DNA of 64,000 nucleotides from Escherichia coli (GTDB lineage Bacteria; Pseudomonadota; Gammaproteobacteria; Enterobacterales; Enterobacteriaceae): NCBI RefSeq assembly GCF_003334305.1, contig NZ_QOWS01000012.1; one strand, 5' to 3'. Shown piece by piece: positions 9,005 to 19,621 of this stretch (position 1 is its first letter; each line of letters starts with the position of its first letter). The notes under the pieces were generated by a model. It saw only the letters and a program-made list of their open reading frames with translations, ran no database searches and was not told where the DNA came from. The position numbers and the translations under genes were made by a program.

Positions 9005-11518
9005 TTAATTTTGGCTAATACACGGTAAAATAACCGTTACGGTGGTTAAGTTGCTGCTATTGGGTGGTTGAATAAAACAGGATTTATCACCCCAGCGTAA
9101 AGTAAGTTTGCTGTCATCCTGAATGCCGTTGAGGTATACAAAGCCGCCATCAGCAACCAGTCCTAATTCTTTATGGCTGGTTTTATCTTTTACGCTAATC
9201 CCCAGTGGTGGGTGACTACCATCTGCCAGGCGAATAACCCCCATGATTTGATAGCCCTTGCGGGTATCAAGTTTGGCGTAGCCAATAGCACCTTCGGTTA
9301 AGGTGGTGGTGATAACCGAGTTTTCGATATCCACATTTTCTGGAAGATTTCGGGTATCAACGCTTAATGATGTTGTTATGTAACTGCTGACTGATGGAAT
9401 AACTCCGATGCCATACCGATTAGTTACCGCGCGTTTATTGTTCAACGGAATATCTTCTGCACCATCTGCGTCGATCATAAAACGCGAGTCAGCACTACCA
9501 CTATAGTCATGGAAAGCGGCTCCGTGACGAGTCGCCGTGAATGAACCATTCCAACTGGCATTCAGAGAATAATAACTGTCTCGCTGTGATGTCCCGGAGA
9601 GATAGAGACGACCGTTCTCGGTATTATGCTGATAACTGGCGCGTAGTGACGCTTTCATATCTTTGAATTCATCATTGTCGCCTGAAGCAGAAACGCTCCA
9701 GGAATTATTTCGATCGGAAGAGTCATACCACGAAGCAGTATGCGAAATCTTGTTATCCTGATTTCGTTGCATACCATAGCTCAATGTTCTACTGGTTCCC
9801 CAGGGAATCGAAATATTTAGGTACAGTTGATCCTGGTTGTCTTCTTCCCAGTTTATTCGGCTAAATGTTAGAGAAGTGGAGACGTTTTTTAATGGCCCGA
9901 TATCAAAATCGCGGCTAAGTGATAATGAATAATTCACATTACTGCTGGCGTCCCAGTAAGTATTACGAGCCAAACTTACGTATGTATTTAACCTTAATGA
10001 TTCAAGATACTGGTTAAACGTGACAATATAACTCTCTTTTTCATTCTGATAATTCGTGTAATGGTTAGTGTCATTGATATATTCATTCATTGTCACAAAG
10101 TTTTTATCAGAGAAACGGTAACCAGCGAAAGTGAGCTGGCTACCGGTAGATTCAAAACGTTTTGAATAGTTAGCGCGGTAGCTATAACCCGTTTCTTTAT
10201 CCTGATTATGCAACTGAGCATCAGATCGTGTGACATCAAAAGATAATGAACCCAATGAGTTAAGGTTAAAGCCAACGCCGGCAGCCAGAGATTGATAATC
10301 ACGGTTTGTTAAAACTGAACCACCATACAGGGATACATTGTTCAGCCAACCCCATGAGAATTCACCAGTCCAGAAGAAGGGTTGTTGTAAGGAATCACCA
10401 CCAACGCTGGTCGGTTTACCCATAGCAGTGGTGTAGCGAATCTGCCCTTTACGCGTCAGATAAGGAATACTATTAGATGCAACTTGCCATTGCGTGACTT
10501 GCCCGTCCTCTTCTTCAACCTTGACGTCCAGTTGCCCCTGTAATGTATTGAATAAATTAGTAATAGCAAATGGGCCAGGAGGAACATTTTCTTGATAAAT
10601 AATACGGTTGTTCTGTGAGACAGTGACCTTTGCATTCGTTTGTGCAACACCCGTGATTTGCGGTGCGTAACCACGTAGATCAGGCGGCAACATATTCTCA
10701 TCGCTTTTCAACGAAACGCCAGAAAAATGGAAAGAGTCGAAAATAGAGGATTCAGTATCGTATTGACCTATAGTTAGTTTTGCATTAATTGCTGGGATTG
10801 GGCGAAACAAATAAATACGCGGAAAATCCAGGTTGTTCGCCTGGCTTTTGCCATTGTTAAATGATTGATCGTACTGGTAATCAGTACGCAGGCGCCAGGC
10901 CCCAAGATTAACCCCAGCCTGCCCATAGGAACTTATATTTTGTGAATTATCGCCCTGATGTGGTGCATAATGAGAGGCATATAAATTGTAGTCAAGAAAT
11001 GCCCCAGCAATACCATGATCCCAAAGTTCAGGAGGCGTCCAGTTTGCATCTTTGTATTTTAACCATGCCTGAGGTGCAGATATGGATAATTGCATTTTCC
11101 CTTTATCGAGATAAGTTGTAATTTGTTTTTCTTTTTCGATAGGGTAACAACCATCGATCAGGTTTTGCTGAGCCACTTCAATAATCTCATCAGTAAAGCC
11201 TAATAATGTTAATTGCTCTGGAGTCAGACAAACTGCAGTTTGGTTATCAATTAATACCCATTGCAGGTCCAGATGGATTGGCGTCCTTTTATTATTAATA
11301 AGAGCGTTTAATGAGTATTTACCTACGGGTAATTGGCCATCAGTTTCAAATTGGGAAAGGTTAACGTTTTCACGATCTTCGGCTTCGATTAAATCTTTGT
11401 TGAATTCAACGGCATAAGCTGACGCACAACCAATGATGAGAACGGATAATGAACAATAAATATTTTTAATCAATTCGCTTATTGTGGTTAATTTTAATTT
11501 TTTATACATCTGTTCCAC
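9005..11518 (-). CDS. yqiG: Outer membrane fimbrial usher protein, uninterrupted
   Basis: 837 aa ORF (true start may be a few codons in); beta-barrel usher-like C-terminus; no IS sequence nearby. Confidence 0.85.
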   Translation of the reverse strand: MEQMYKKLKLTTISELIKNIYCSLSVLIIGCASAYAVEFNKDLIEAEDRENVNLSQFETDGQLPVGKYSLNALINNKRTPIHLDLQWVLIDNQTAVCLTPEQLTLLGFTDEIIEVAQQNLIDGCYPIEKEKQITTYLDKGKMQLSISAPQAWLKYKDANWTPPELWDHGIAGAFLDYNLYASHYAPHQGDNSQNISSYGQAGVNLGAWRLRTDYQYDQSFNNGKSQANNLDFPRIYLFRPIPAINAKLTIGQYDTESSIFDSFHFSGVSLKSDENMLPPDLRGYAPQITGVAQTNAKVTVSQNNRIIYQENVPPGPFAITNLFNTLQGQLDVKVEEEDGQVTQWQVASNSIPYLTRKGQIRYTTAMGKPTSVGGDSLQQPFFWTGEFSWGWLNNVSLYGGSVLTNRDYQSLAAGVGFNLNSLGSLSFDVTRSDAQLHNQDKETGYSYRANYSKRFESTGSQLTFAGYRFSDKNFVTMNEYINDTNHYTNYQNEKESYIVTFNQYLESLRLNTYVSLARNTYWDASSNVNYSLSLSRDFDIGPLKNVSTSLTFSRINWEEDNQDQLYLNISIPWGTSRTLSYGMQRNQDNKISHTASWYDSSDRNNSWSVSASGDNDEFKDMKASLRASYQHNTENGRLYLSGTSQRDSYYSLNASWNGSFTATRHGAAFHDYSGSADSRFMIDADGAEDIPLNNKRAVTNRYGIGVIPSVSSYITTSLSVDTRNLPENVDIENSVITTTLTEGAIGYAKLDTRKGYQIMGVIRLADGSHPPLGISVKDKTSHKELGLVADGGFVYLNGIQDDSKLTLRWGDKSCFIQPPNSSNLTTVTVILPCISQN

Positions 11519-11568
11519 TTATCATTAATCCGTTAATGATGTGGCCGGGCGAACCCGGCCTAATGTGA

Positions 11569-12120
11569 TTACTCGTAAGCAATCTTATAGTCAGCCTGAG
11601 CGTAAACGTTGCCCGGGGTAGCATCTTTGCTTGGGGATTCCATACGAGCTTTGAAGTTCAGTTCCTGATAGCTGTTAGTATTGTTGAATGTAATTACTAC
11701 CGGAGTACCTAAAGTCACTTCGCCGCTCTGGCTATCCAGAATACGTACGCCAACGCCTGTGGCACCACCGATTTCAGTTTCTTTGGTGTTTTTCAGCAGG
11801 TCAGTCTGACCCGTCATAGTATTCGCTGTGGTGAAAGTAACCTTCGCTTTTGAATAAGTGGTTCCACCCTGGCTCAACATGCAGTCTTGCAGGTGAATAG
11901 TGAAAGGCTCAGCCAAAGATTTCTGGTCGCTTTTCAGAACGGTATCTGCTACTTCACCCAGATTTACAGTTAAGTCTTCGTCACCTGGTTTAATTGAACA
12001 TGGAGCAGAGATAACTTCACCTTTAAATTTAACAATGCCGTGACCTTCGTCAGCAAATACGTTATTGGAAAGAATCATTGCTACGCCAGCAACAAGAAGT
12101 GACTTTTTAAAAGCAGACAT
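11569..12120 (-). CDS. ygiL: Fimbrial major subunit (FimA-like pilin)
   Basis: 183 aa ORF with signal peptide MSAFKKSLLVAGVAMILSNNVFA and pilin-like C-terminus; first gene of the operon. Confidence 0.8.
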   Translation of the reverse strand: MSAFKKSLLVAGVAMILSNNVFADEGHGIVKFKGEVISAPCSIKPGDEDLTVNLGEVADTVLKSDQKSLAEPFTIHLQDCMLSQGGTTYSKAKVTFTTANTMTGQTDLLKNTKETEIGGATGVGVRILDSQSGEVTLGTPVVITFNNTNSYQELNFKARMESPSKDATPGNVYAQADYKIAYE

Positions 12121-12349
12121 AATATTCCTTTATATAAATATAAGTAGAAAATGAATGATTAGTAACTGTTATTTAAGGATTGCTAATCATTCAAATATTA
12201 TATTTTACTTTTCGGGTTTTATGAAATTAGTTTATCTAAATATGGATTAAGTAAAACTTAAAAAATACATAACAATTATATTTTCAATTGCACTCATTCA
12301 TTTTTGTGATGATATTCTGAATGGAATTAAGCGATAAGGTAATAGAAAG

Positions 12350-12386
12350 CACTGTAAATTAGAAGATTAATTCATAATTTACAGTG
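12350..12386 (-). terminator. Perfect 11-bp inverted repeat just downstream of ubiK, candidate terminator
   Basis: cactgtaaatt (12350-12360) and aatttacagtg (12376-12386) separated by 15 nt, 16 bp past the ubiK stop. Confidence 0.4.
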
Positions 12387-12402
12387 CATTAAAGACAAAT
12401 GT

Positions 12403-12693
12403 TTACAGCGTTGGGGGGAGAGTCTCTGGATCTGGCTGCTTTTTAATCTCAGTACTGCGATTTTCCAGTTCGCTCATTCTTTGTTCAAGCAGCGCCAGTT
12501 TCTCACGAGTCCGTAACAGGACTTGCGTTTGGACGTCGAACTCTTCACGGCTTACAAGGTCGAGGCGCGTCAGCTGAGCTTGTAGGGTTTGGCGGATTTT
12601 TTTCTCCACATCTTCCCCGAACTCCCTGATTCCTTTAGGCATTGATTCGTGAACCTGGCGAGCGATTTGCTCAATTTTTTTCGGGTCAATCAT
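12403..12693 (-). CDS. ubiK: Ubiquinone biosynthesis accessory factor UbiK
   Basis: 96-aa coiled-coil protein starting [21 protein letters not shown]..., the internal ATG of ORF 12403-12753. Confidence 0.85.
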   Translation of the reverse strand: MIDPKKIEQIARQVHESMPKGIREFGEDVEKKIRQTLQAQLTRLDLVSREEFDVQTQVLLRTREKLALLEQRMSELENRSTEIKKQPDPETLPPTL

Positions 12694-12814
12694 TGTAGTT
12701 TCCCTGTACTGATAGGTGTTGAGTGCCATTGTAGTGCGATAAGGGTAAGTCATAAACCAGAATTATGTGAAGCTATGCGTTGCTGCCGCTAATCATTAGC
12801 GTTATAGTGAATCC

Positions 12815-12960
12815 GCTTATTCTCAGGGCGGGGCGAAATTCCCCACCGGCGGTAAATCAACTCAGTTGAAAGCCCGCGAGCGCTTTGGGTGCGAACTCAA
12901 AGGACAGCAGATCCGGTGTAATTCCGGGGCCGACGGTTAGAGTCCGGATGGGAGAGAGTA
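12815..12960 (+). promoter_or_regulatory. FMN riboswitch (RFN element) in the ribB leader
   Basis: Conserved RFN segments ctcagggcggggcgaaattccccaccggcggtaaa ... agcccgcgagcg ... ggacagcagatccggtg ... ccgacggttagagtccggatgggagag upstream of ribB. Confidence 0.85.
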
Positions 12961-13066
12961 ACGATTCTGTCGGGCATGGACCCGCTCACGTTATTTTGGC
13001 TATATGCCGCCACTCCTAAGACTGCCCTGATTCTGGTAACCATAATTTTAGTGAGGTTTTTTTACC

Positions 13067-13720
13067 ATGAATCAGACGCTACTTTCCTCTTTTGGTACGC
13101 CTTTCGAACGTGTTGAAAATGCACTGGCTGCGCTGCGTGAAGGACGCGGTGTAATGGTGCTTGATGATGAAGACCGTGAAAACGAAGGCGATATGATCTT
13201 CCCGGCAGAAACCATGACCGTTGAGCAGATGGCGCTGACCATTCGCCACGGTAGCGGTATTGTTTGCCTGTGCATCACTGAAGATCGCCGTAAACAACTT
13301 GATCTGCCAATGATGGTAGAAAATAACACCAGCGCCTATGGCACCGGTTTTACCGTGACCATTGAAGCGGCTGAAGGTGTGACTACCGGTGTTTCTGCCG
13401 CTGATCGAATTACGACCGTTCGCGCAGCGATTGCCGATGGCGCAAAACCTTCTGATCTGAATCGCCCGGGCCACGTTTTCCCACTTCGCGCGCAGGCAGG
13501 TGGTGTACTGACGCGTGGCGGTCATACTGAAGCGACTATTGATTTGATGACGCTGGCAGGCTTTAAACCGGCTGGTGTGCTGTGTGAGTTGACTAATGAC
13601 GATGGCACGATGGCGCGTGCACCAGAGTGCATTGAGTTTGCCAATAAACACAATATGGCGCTCGTGACTATTGAAGACCTGGTGGCATACCGTCAGGCAC
13701 ATGAGCGTAAAGCCAGCTGA
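13067..13720 (+). CDS. ribB: 3,4-dihydroxy-2-butanone 4-phosphate synthase
   Basis: 217 aa ORF containing [12 protein letters not shown] and TRGGHTEA motifs typical of DHBP synthase. Confidence 0.95.
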   Translation: MNQTLLSSFGTPFERVENALAALREGRGVMVLDDEDRENEGDMIFPAETMTVEQMALTIRHGSGIVCLCITEDRRKQLDLPMMVENNTSAYGTGFTVTIEAAEGVTTGVSAADRITTVRAAIADGAKPSDLNRPGHVFPLRAQAGGVLTRGGHTEATIDLMTLAGFKPAGVLCELTNDDGTMARAPECIEFANKHNMALVTIEDLVAYRQAHERKAS

Positions 13721-13750
13721 AAACCGCTGCTTAATTACTGCCTTAATCAA

Positions 13751-13787
13751 GAAACCGAAGTTGTAGCTGGCTTCGGTTTTTATTTTG
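13751..13787 (+). terminator. Rho-independent terminator after ribB
   Basis: gaaaccgaag-ttgtagctgg-cttcggttt followed by ttatttt. Confidence 0.7.
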
Positions 13788-13980
13788 CCCTGCTATGCAA
13801 GATGTTAATTCCGCTTCTCTTTCTATGAGAAAATTTCATTAATATCAGGCATTCTTTTTCATTATGATCAAAATCATATAATTGTTCCGTTATTATGCGA
13901 CCATATGAATATATCCGAAAAAGGATATGTGAAATTTATGCGCTAAATGTTTAGTATTGTTAAATATTAAGGGTAAAAGG

Positions 13981-14151
13981 ATGTTTATCGCCTGGTACTG
14001 GATTGTATTGATTGCTCTTGTTGTGGTGGGTTATTTCCTGCATTTGAAACGTTATTGTCGGGCGTTTCGCCAGGACAGAGACGCACTGCTTGAAGCGCGG
14101 AACAAATACTTAAACAGTACGAGAGAAGAGACAGCCGAAAAGGTAGAATAA
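13981..14151 (+). CDS. Hypothetical small single-pass membrane protein (56 aa)
   Basis: ATG at 13981 preceded by taagggtaaaagg SD; hydrophobic helix IAWYWIVLIALVVVGYFL then basic tail. Confidence 0.4.
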   Translation: MFIAWYWIVLIALVVVGYFLHLKRYCRAFRQDRDALLEARNKYLNSTREETAEKVE

Positions 14152-14208
14152 GGCTTTAGTGAAGCTAGCAGAAGTTGTCCATGCGCTGGCCAACTTCTGA
14201 TGTTGCTT

Positions 14209-14982
14209 TTAACCAATTCCCGCCGTTTGTAGCAGCACTAAACTGAATCCCATCACTGACATTCCACATAGTACGCCATAGCTGGGGTTATTATTAGGGT
14301 CAATCTCTTTGGCGAGCGGCATTAATTCATCAACCGAGAGCGCCACCATAATTCCTGCAACCGCCGCCATGATTGCCGCCATGACCACGGGGGAAATCAT
14401 GCTACCGAGGATTAACCACGCCAGCACACCACCAAGAATTTCTGCCAATCCAGAAATCCCCGCCCACAGAATTGCCGTGCGTTTAGAACCCGTTGCTGCA
14501 TAAACCGGGCCTGCAACCGCCAGACCTTCAGGAATATTGTGCAACGCGACGGCCAGTGCGATGCCAAATCCCAGCTCCAGGTTGCTGCTCGCCGTGACAA
14601 AGGTGGCAATCCCTTCCGGGAAGTTATGCAGACTGATGCCGAGAGTGAGCAGAATGGCTGTGCGCTTGATCGATTTTGGCAACGGCTGCACCGATTTTTG
14701 CATTAAATCCTGCGGATGCGCATGTGGCAACATGCGGTCCAGGCCAAAATAGCCAAGCAGACCGAAGATAAACATTCCATAACCCAACACAGGCGACATT
14801 CCTTCAGCTGCTAGTGCGGCAGGAAGCATTTCCATTAATGAGATGAGCAACATGATCCCCGCCGCAAATCCTAGCGAAAACGCCAGTAAGCGGTTCGAGG
14901 GTTTTTGCCCGAGAACGCCGAGAAACGCGCCAATAAACGTGGCTGCCCCCGCCAGTATGGTCAGAATGAGAGGTACTGACAT
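14209..14982 (-). CDS. zupT: Zinc transporter ZupT (ZIP family)
   Basis: 257-aa product beginning [22 protein letters not shown], the internal ATG of ORF 14209-15024. Confidence 0.9.
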
Positions 14983-15097
14983 CGACAACTCCTTATAAAT
15001 CTTCACCTTCAGGCAGATCGTCAAAATAACTGATGATCATCATCATTGTTATCCGGGTTCTTACTCCGCCGAACAAGCGTATTGTGAGGATATCAAA

Positions 15098-15913
15098 ATG
15101 ACACCTTTAGTTAAGGATATCATCATGTCTTCAACACGTATGCCAGCATTGTTTTTAGGTCACGGTAGTCCGATGAACGTGCTGGAAGATAATTTGTATA
15201 CCCGCAGCTGGCAGAAGTTGGGGATGACATTGCCACGCCCGCAAGCGATTGTGGTGGTTTCGGCTCACTGGTTTACCCGTGGAACAGGAGTGACCGCGAT
15301 GGAGACGCCGCCCACGATTCATGACTTTGGTGGCTTCCCGCAGGCGCTGTACGATACGCATTATCCTGCTCCGGGTTCGCCTGTGCTGGCACAGCATCTG
15401 GTTGAGCTGTTAGCACCGGTCCCGGTGACGCTGGATAAAGAAGCCTGGGGCTTTGACCACGGTTCCTGGGGCGTGCTGATTAAGATGTATCCTGACGCCG
15501 ATATCCCGATGGTGCAGTTGAGTATCGACAGTAGCAAACCTGCCGCCTGGCATTTCGAAATGGGGCGCAAACTGGCAGCGCTGCGAGATGAAGGAATAAT
15601 GTTGGTCGCCAGTGGCAACGTGGTGCATAACCTGCGTACAGTGAAGTGGCACGGTGATAGTTCACCATATCCTTGGGCGATGTCGTTTAATGAGTATGTG
15701 AAAGCGAATCTGACGTGGCAAGGGGCGGTAGAGCAGCATCCTCTGGTGAATTACCTCGACCATGAAGGTGGCGCGTTATCGAACCCAACGCCGGAGCACT
15801 ATCTGCCGTTGTTGTATGTCTTAGGTGCGTGGGATGGGCAGGAGCCAATTACCATTCCGGTCGATGGTATAGAAATGGGCAGCCTGAGTATGCTGTCGGT
15901 GCAGATAGGTTAA
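15098..15913 (+). CDS. ygiD: 4,5-DOPA dioxygenase extradiol-like protein
   Basis: 271 aa ORF with GAGGA SD; extradiol dioxygenase class III-like; alternative start at 15125. Confidence 0.85.
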   Translation: MTPLVKDIIMSSTRMPALFLGHGSPMNVLEDNLYTRSWQKLGMTLPRPQAIVVVSAHWFTRGTGVTAMETPPTIHDFGGFPQALYDTHYPAPGSPVLAQHLVELLAPVPVTLDKEAWGFDHGSWGVLIKMYPDADIPMVQLSIDSSKPAAWHFEMGRKLAALRDEGIMLVASGNVVHNLRTVKWHGDSSPYPWAMSFNEYVKANLTWQGAVEQHPLVNYLDHEGGALSNPTPEHYLPLLYVLGAWDGQEPITIPVDGIEMGSLSMLSVQIG

Positions 15914-15950
15914 CAATTACCGGATGGCGAATGCCATCCGGCATCATTGA

Positions 15951-17111
15951 TTACTCAACAAAAATATGTGGATAAAACCGAGACATATCCTGGGTGATCA
16001 ATGCACGGTCTTCACGAATGCCAATTCCGGCGGGTTGATCGTTCACCAGCCAGCTACCAATCAGCATATAGCTGTCGCCGAATTTCGGTAACGGGTGGAA
16101 TTGCTGAACAATCATCCCTTCTTCGCCATACGGACCTTCCGCTGCTTCAATGGTTTTGCCGTTTTCAATGATCGACACGTTTGCGCCTTCACGGGAGAAG
16201 ATCGGTTTAACCACATATTTTTCCATTTGCGGATGATCATCTTCCGCAAAATAAGCGGGCAGCAGGTTCGGGTGATTCGGGAACATCTCCCACAGTAGCG
16301 GTAGAAGTGCCTTGTTGGAGATAATGCTCTTCCACGCTGGTTCCAGCCAGCGTACGCCTGCATCCTCCAGCTTGGTGGAAAACATCTCACGCAACATAAA
16401 TTCCCACGGATACAGCTTGAACAGGTTGGAAATTACCTGATCCTGTAAATCCGTGAACTGACCTTTTTCACCTAACCCGATATCATCGATGTAGAGGAAC
16501 TCAGTAGCAATTTCAGCTTCCGTTGCGCAGTCCTGCAAATACTGAATGGTTCCGCGATCTTCCACCGTGTCGCGACAGCAGGTGAGATGCAGCAACTGGA
16601 AGCCATACTGTTCACGCAGCTCAACGAAGCGATCGATCAGTTTTTCTTGCAGACTGTTAAACTGGTCGCTGCCCTCCGGCAAGTTACCGGCGTTAAGCTG
16701 ATCTTCCAGCCAGATCCACTGAAAGAACGCCGCCTCGTATAGTGACGTTGGCGTATCGGCGTTATTTTCCAGAAGTTTAGGTTCGCCAGTGCCATCCCAC
16801 GCCAGATCAAGACGCGAATAAAGCGATGGCTGGTGCGTCAGCCATGACTGGCGCACAAAACTCCAGGTGTGTTTTGGAATGCGGAATTTGGTCATCAGCT
16901 CATCGCTGGCGATCACTTTTTCCACCACTTTCAGGCACATCTGGTGCAGTTCGGCGGTGACTTCTTCCAGCTTTTCAACCTGGGCGAGGGTCAACTTGTA
17001 GTAAGCATCTTCACACCAGTACGGCTCGCCGTACATGGTGTGAAAATTGAAACCGTATTCGTGGGCTTTCTCACGCCAGTCCGGGCGCTCGGTAATACTG
17101 ACTCTTTCCAT
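15951..17111 (-). CDS. ygiC: Glutathionylspermidine synthase-like ATP-grasp protein
   Basis: 386 aa ORF, co-oriented with and downstream of tolC-ygiB. Confidence 0.85.
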
Positions 17112-17116
17112 CGGTA

Positions 17117-17788
17117 TCAGCCACCCATTGAACGAGAAGAGGTGCCAGTTGCGCTACGCTGCATAGTGCTTTGTTTGGCAACAGATTCACCAAAACCGCC
17201 ACGGGTAACGGTAGTGGTGGTCGCCGGTTTTGGTGCCATGGCTGTCTTCGGTACGGTCATGGTGCGGCCTGGCTGGGCTGCGCCATAGTTTTTACCCGTC
17301 GCGTCGGTATATTTACCGTAAGCCGGGCTGGCTGGGTTTTTCGAGGAGAACAGCGGCTGCTGTGCAAATCCCGCGCCGCCGCCCATCAGACGCCCCATCA
17401 TGTAACCGGCCATCAGCGGCATCCAGAAACTCCCGCTGGATTGCTGGGCCTGCGCCTGGTTTTCTGGTGCCATGCCAGCCTGGGCTGGTGCCTGCTGGCA
17501 CTGACCTTCACCAAATTCAGCAACACAGTCTTCACGGGTGGCGTATTTCGGCGCAGTACGTTCGGCTTCTTTCAGCGCATTGTTGTACGCGGTGGTACAT
17601 TCGGCGCTTTTGCCTGGGTTTGCAGCTGAACAGTCGTCAGCATTTTGATAGAGAGACACTGTTTCATCACTCTTTTCACAGCCAGCCAGCATAAAAACAG
17701 TGGCAACCGCGAGAGCGACTGGTGTCAGATGGCGCGCGCTCCAGTTTTTGCGGAACGATGCGTGGCGTATGGATTTTGTCCGTTTCAT
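17117..17788 (-). CDS. ygiB: DUF1190 family lipoprotein-like protein
   Basis: 223-aa product beginning [16 protein letters not shown]..., lipobox LAGC, Gly/Met/Ala-rich middle. Confidence 0.8.
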
Positions 17789-17935
17789 TTTTGTCTTCCG
17801 GGACCAGTGGTAAATACCCATCAGAATAGAGGATGGCTGGTCGAAATTGAAGCGAGAAGGGGGAAGAATGCGGCAGATAACCCGTATCTTTACGTTGCCT
17901 TACGTTCAGACGGGGCCGAAGCCCCGTCGTCGTCA

Positions 17936-19417
17936 TCAGTTACGGAAAGGGTTATGACCGTTACTGGTGGTAGTGCGTGCGGATGTTTGCTGAACGACGG
18001 GTGCCGGGCTATCAGGCGCATAACCATCAGCAATAGCATTCTGTTCCGGCGTTTGCGGGGCAACGTTTTCCGGATTAGTGGAAACCGGTTTGCTCAGCGC
18101 ATTGTTCAGTGCCAGCAGATCCTGCTCGTTCAACGTACCCAGGGCTGACTTAATATTCAGCTGATTAATCAGGTAGTTATAACGCGCATTTGCCAGCTCT
18201 TGCTTAGCGTTGTACAGCGTGGTGGTTGCATCCAACACATCAACAATGGTACGCGTACCGACCGAGTAGCCCGCTTCCATCGCGTCTAATGAGCTTTGAG
18301 CGGAAACTACGACTTGTTTGTAGGCGTTAATGCTACTGATAGATGCATTAATGTTGTTGAAGGAGGAACGTACGGTTTGCACGACGCTACGATGCGCGCT
18401 TTCCAGTTGCTCGCTGGCACCAACAAAGTTGTACTGGGCCTGTTTCACCTGCGAGTTAACCATTCCGCCCTGATAAATCGGCAGCGAGAAGCTCAGGCCC
18501 ACTTTGTTCTGGCCCATATTGCTGTCGTCATACTGGGTACCAGCGGCACCACGAGTTTTCGAACCGCTATAAGAGGTGTCAGAAATCCCGGTAGAAGCCG
18601 TTAAATCCAGCGTCGGTAAGTGACCATCCTGCGCCTGGCGAATTTGCTCGCGCGCCAGGTCCTGGCTCAAGCGTGCCTGTAACAGCGACAGGTTGCGTTT
18701 TTCGGCTTCTTTCAGCAGCGCGTTAACCGGCTGTGGTTTGTCGGTTTTAAAGTTTTCGACATTCAGCGCTGCCAGTTCTGGATAGTAGTTACCGGTGATC
18801 TGGCGCAGCTGCTCTACCGCGTTATCAAGGTTATTACGTGCGGTCACTTCGTTCGCCAGCACGGTATCGTACTGCGCGCGGGCGTTCTGCACGTCGGTTA
18901 TCGCTACCAGGCCCACGTTAAAACGTTGGGTGGTTTGATCTAATTGACGGTAGATCGCTTCTTTTTGTGCCTGTGTATAGGAAAGAACGTCAATAGCATT
19001 CAACACGTTGAAATAAGCGGTCGCGGTGTTGAGGATCAAGGTTTGCTGATCGGTCTGATATGTGACGTCCTGAATCCCTGCTGCTTTTTCCTGCAGCGTT
19101 AACGCACGCCATTTCGACATATCAAAAATGGATTGAGTTAACTGCAGGGACGCACTGGTCGCGTTAGAGTTGATGCCGTTCGCGTCGCGGTAGCCGTTGC
19201 TATAGGTGTAATCTGCACCTAAACCTAGCTGTGGCAGTAATGGACTGCGCGCTTCATTAATTTTTTCAAAGGCAGCATCACGATCGGCGGCAGACTTACG
19301 CAATTCCGGGTTACTAAGGCGTGCTTGCTGATAAACTTGCATCAGGTTCTCGGCCTGGCTCAACGAACTGAACCCAGAAAGGCTCAGGCCGATAAGAATG
19401 GGGAGCAATTTCTTCAT
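17936..19417 (-). CDS. tolC: Outer membrane efflux channel TolC
   Basis: 493-aa product beginning MKKLLPILIGLSLSGFSSLSQAENLMQVYQQARLSNPELRK; longer ORF N-terminus rejected. Confidence 0.95.
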   Translation of the reverse strand: MKKLLPILIGLSLSGFSSLSQAENLMQVYQQARLSNPELRKSAADRDAAFEKINEARSPLLPQLGLGADYTYSNGYRDANGINSNATSASLQLTQSIFDMSKWRALTLQEKAAGIQDVTYQTDQQTLILNTATAYFNVLNAIDVLSYTQAQKEAIYRQLDQTTQRFNVGLVAITDVQNARAQYDTVLANEVTARNNLDNAVEQLRQITGNYYPELAALNVENFKTDKPQPVNALLKEAEKRNLSLLQARLSQDLAREQIRQAQDGHLPTLDLTASTGISDTSYSGSKTRGAAGTQYDDSNMGQNKVGLSFSLPIYQGGMVNSQVKQAQYNFVGASEQLESAHRSVVQTVRSSFNNINASISSINAYKQVVVSAQSSLDAMEAGYSVGTRTIVDVLDATTTLYNAKQELANARYNYLINQLNIKSALGTLNEQDLLALNNALSKPVSTNPENVAPQTPEQNAIADGYAPDSPAPVVQQTSARTTTSNGHNPFRN

Positions 19418-19621
19418 TTGCATTCCTTGTGGTGAAGCAGTATTTAGCGCGATCAAACTGTAAAATTATTGCGGATTCTAGCAGAAGCCGCTACCGCAAA
19501 AGGTTGGCGTTACGTGCCATAGGGCGTTAATGTGCCTCAATTTAACACATGACTGCTCAAACGGCAGTCAAACGTCGCTGAAATTCACATTTAATTCACT
19601 ATTAGTGCCAGGACATTAACA

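Noticed and set aside
14985-15024. N-terminal extensions of ORF-track calls for zupT, tolC (19418-19456), metC (51389-51523), yqhC (48235-48405), yqhD (48270-48293), ygiW (36084-36140), ygiB and yqhA
   Set aside because: The longest-ORF starts run into upstream intergenic sequence. Internal ATGs give products matching the known protein N-termini and sizes, and are used in the feature table.
17676-17936. 86-aa ORF in the tolC-ygiB intergenic region (the position of the old ygiA annotation)
   Set aside because: No convincing RBS, Arg/Pro-rich translation typical of a non-coding frame; treated as the tolC-ygiB spacer.
19457-19621. Possible mar/sox/rob box in the tolC-nudF divergent promoter region
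   Set aside because: I could not align a convincing marbox consensus by eye, so it is left unannotated rather than guessed.
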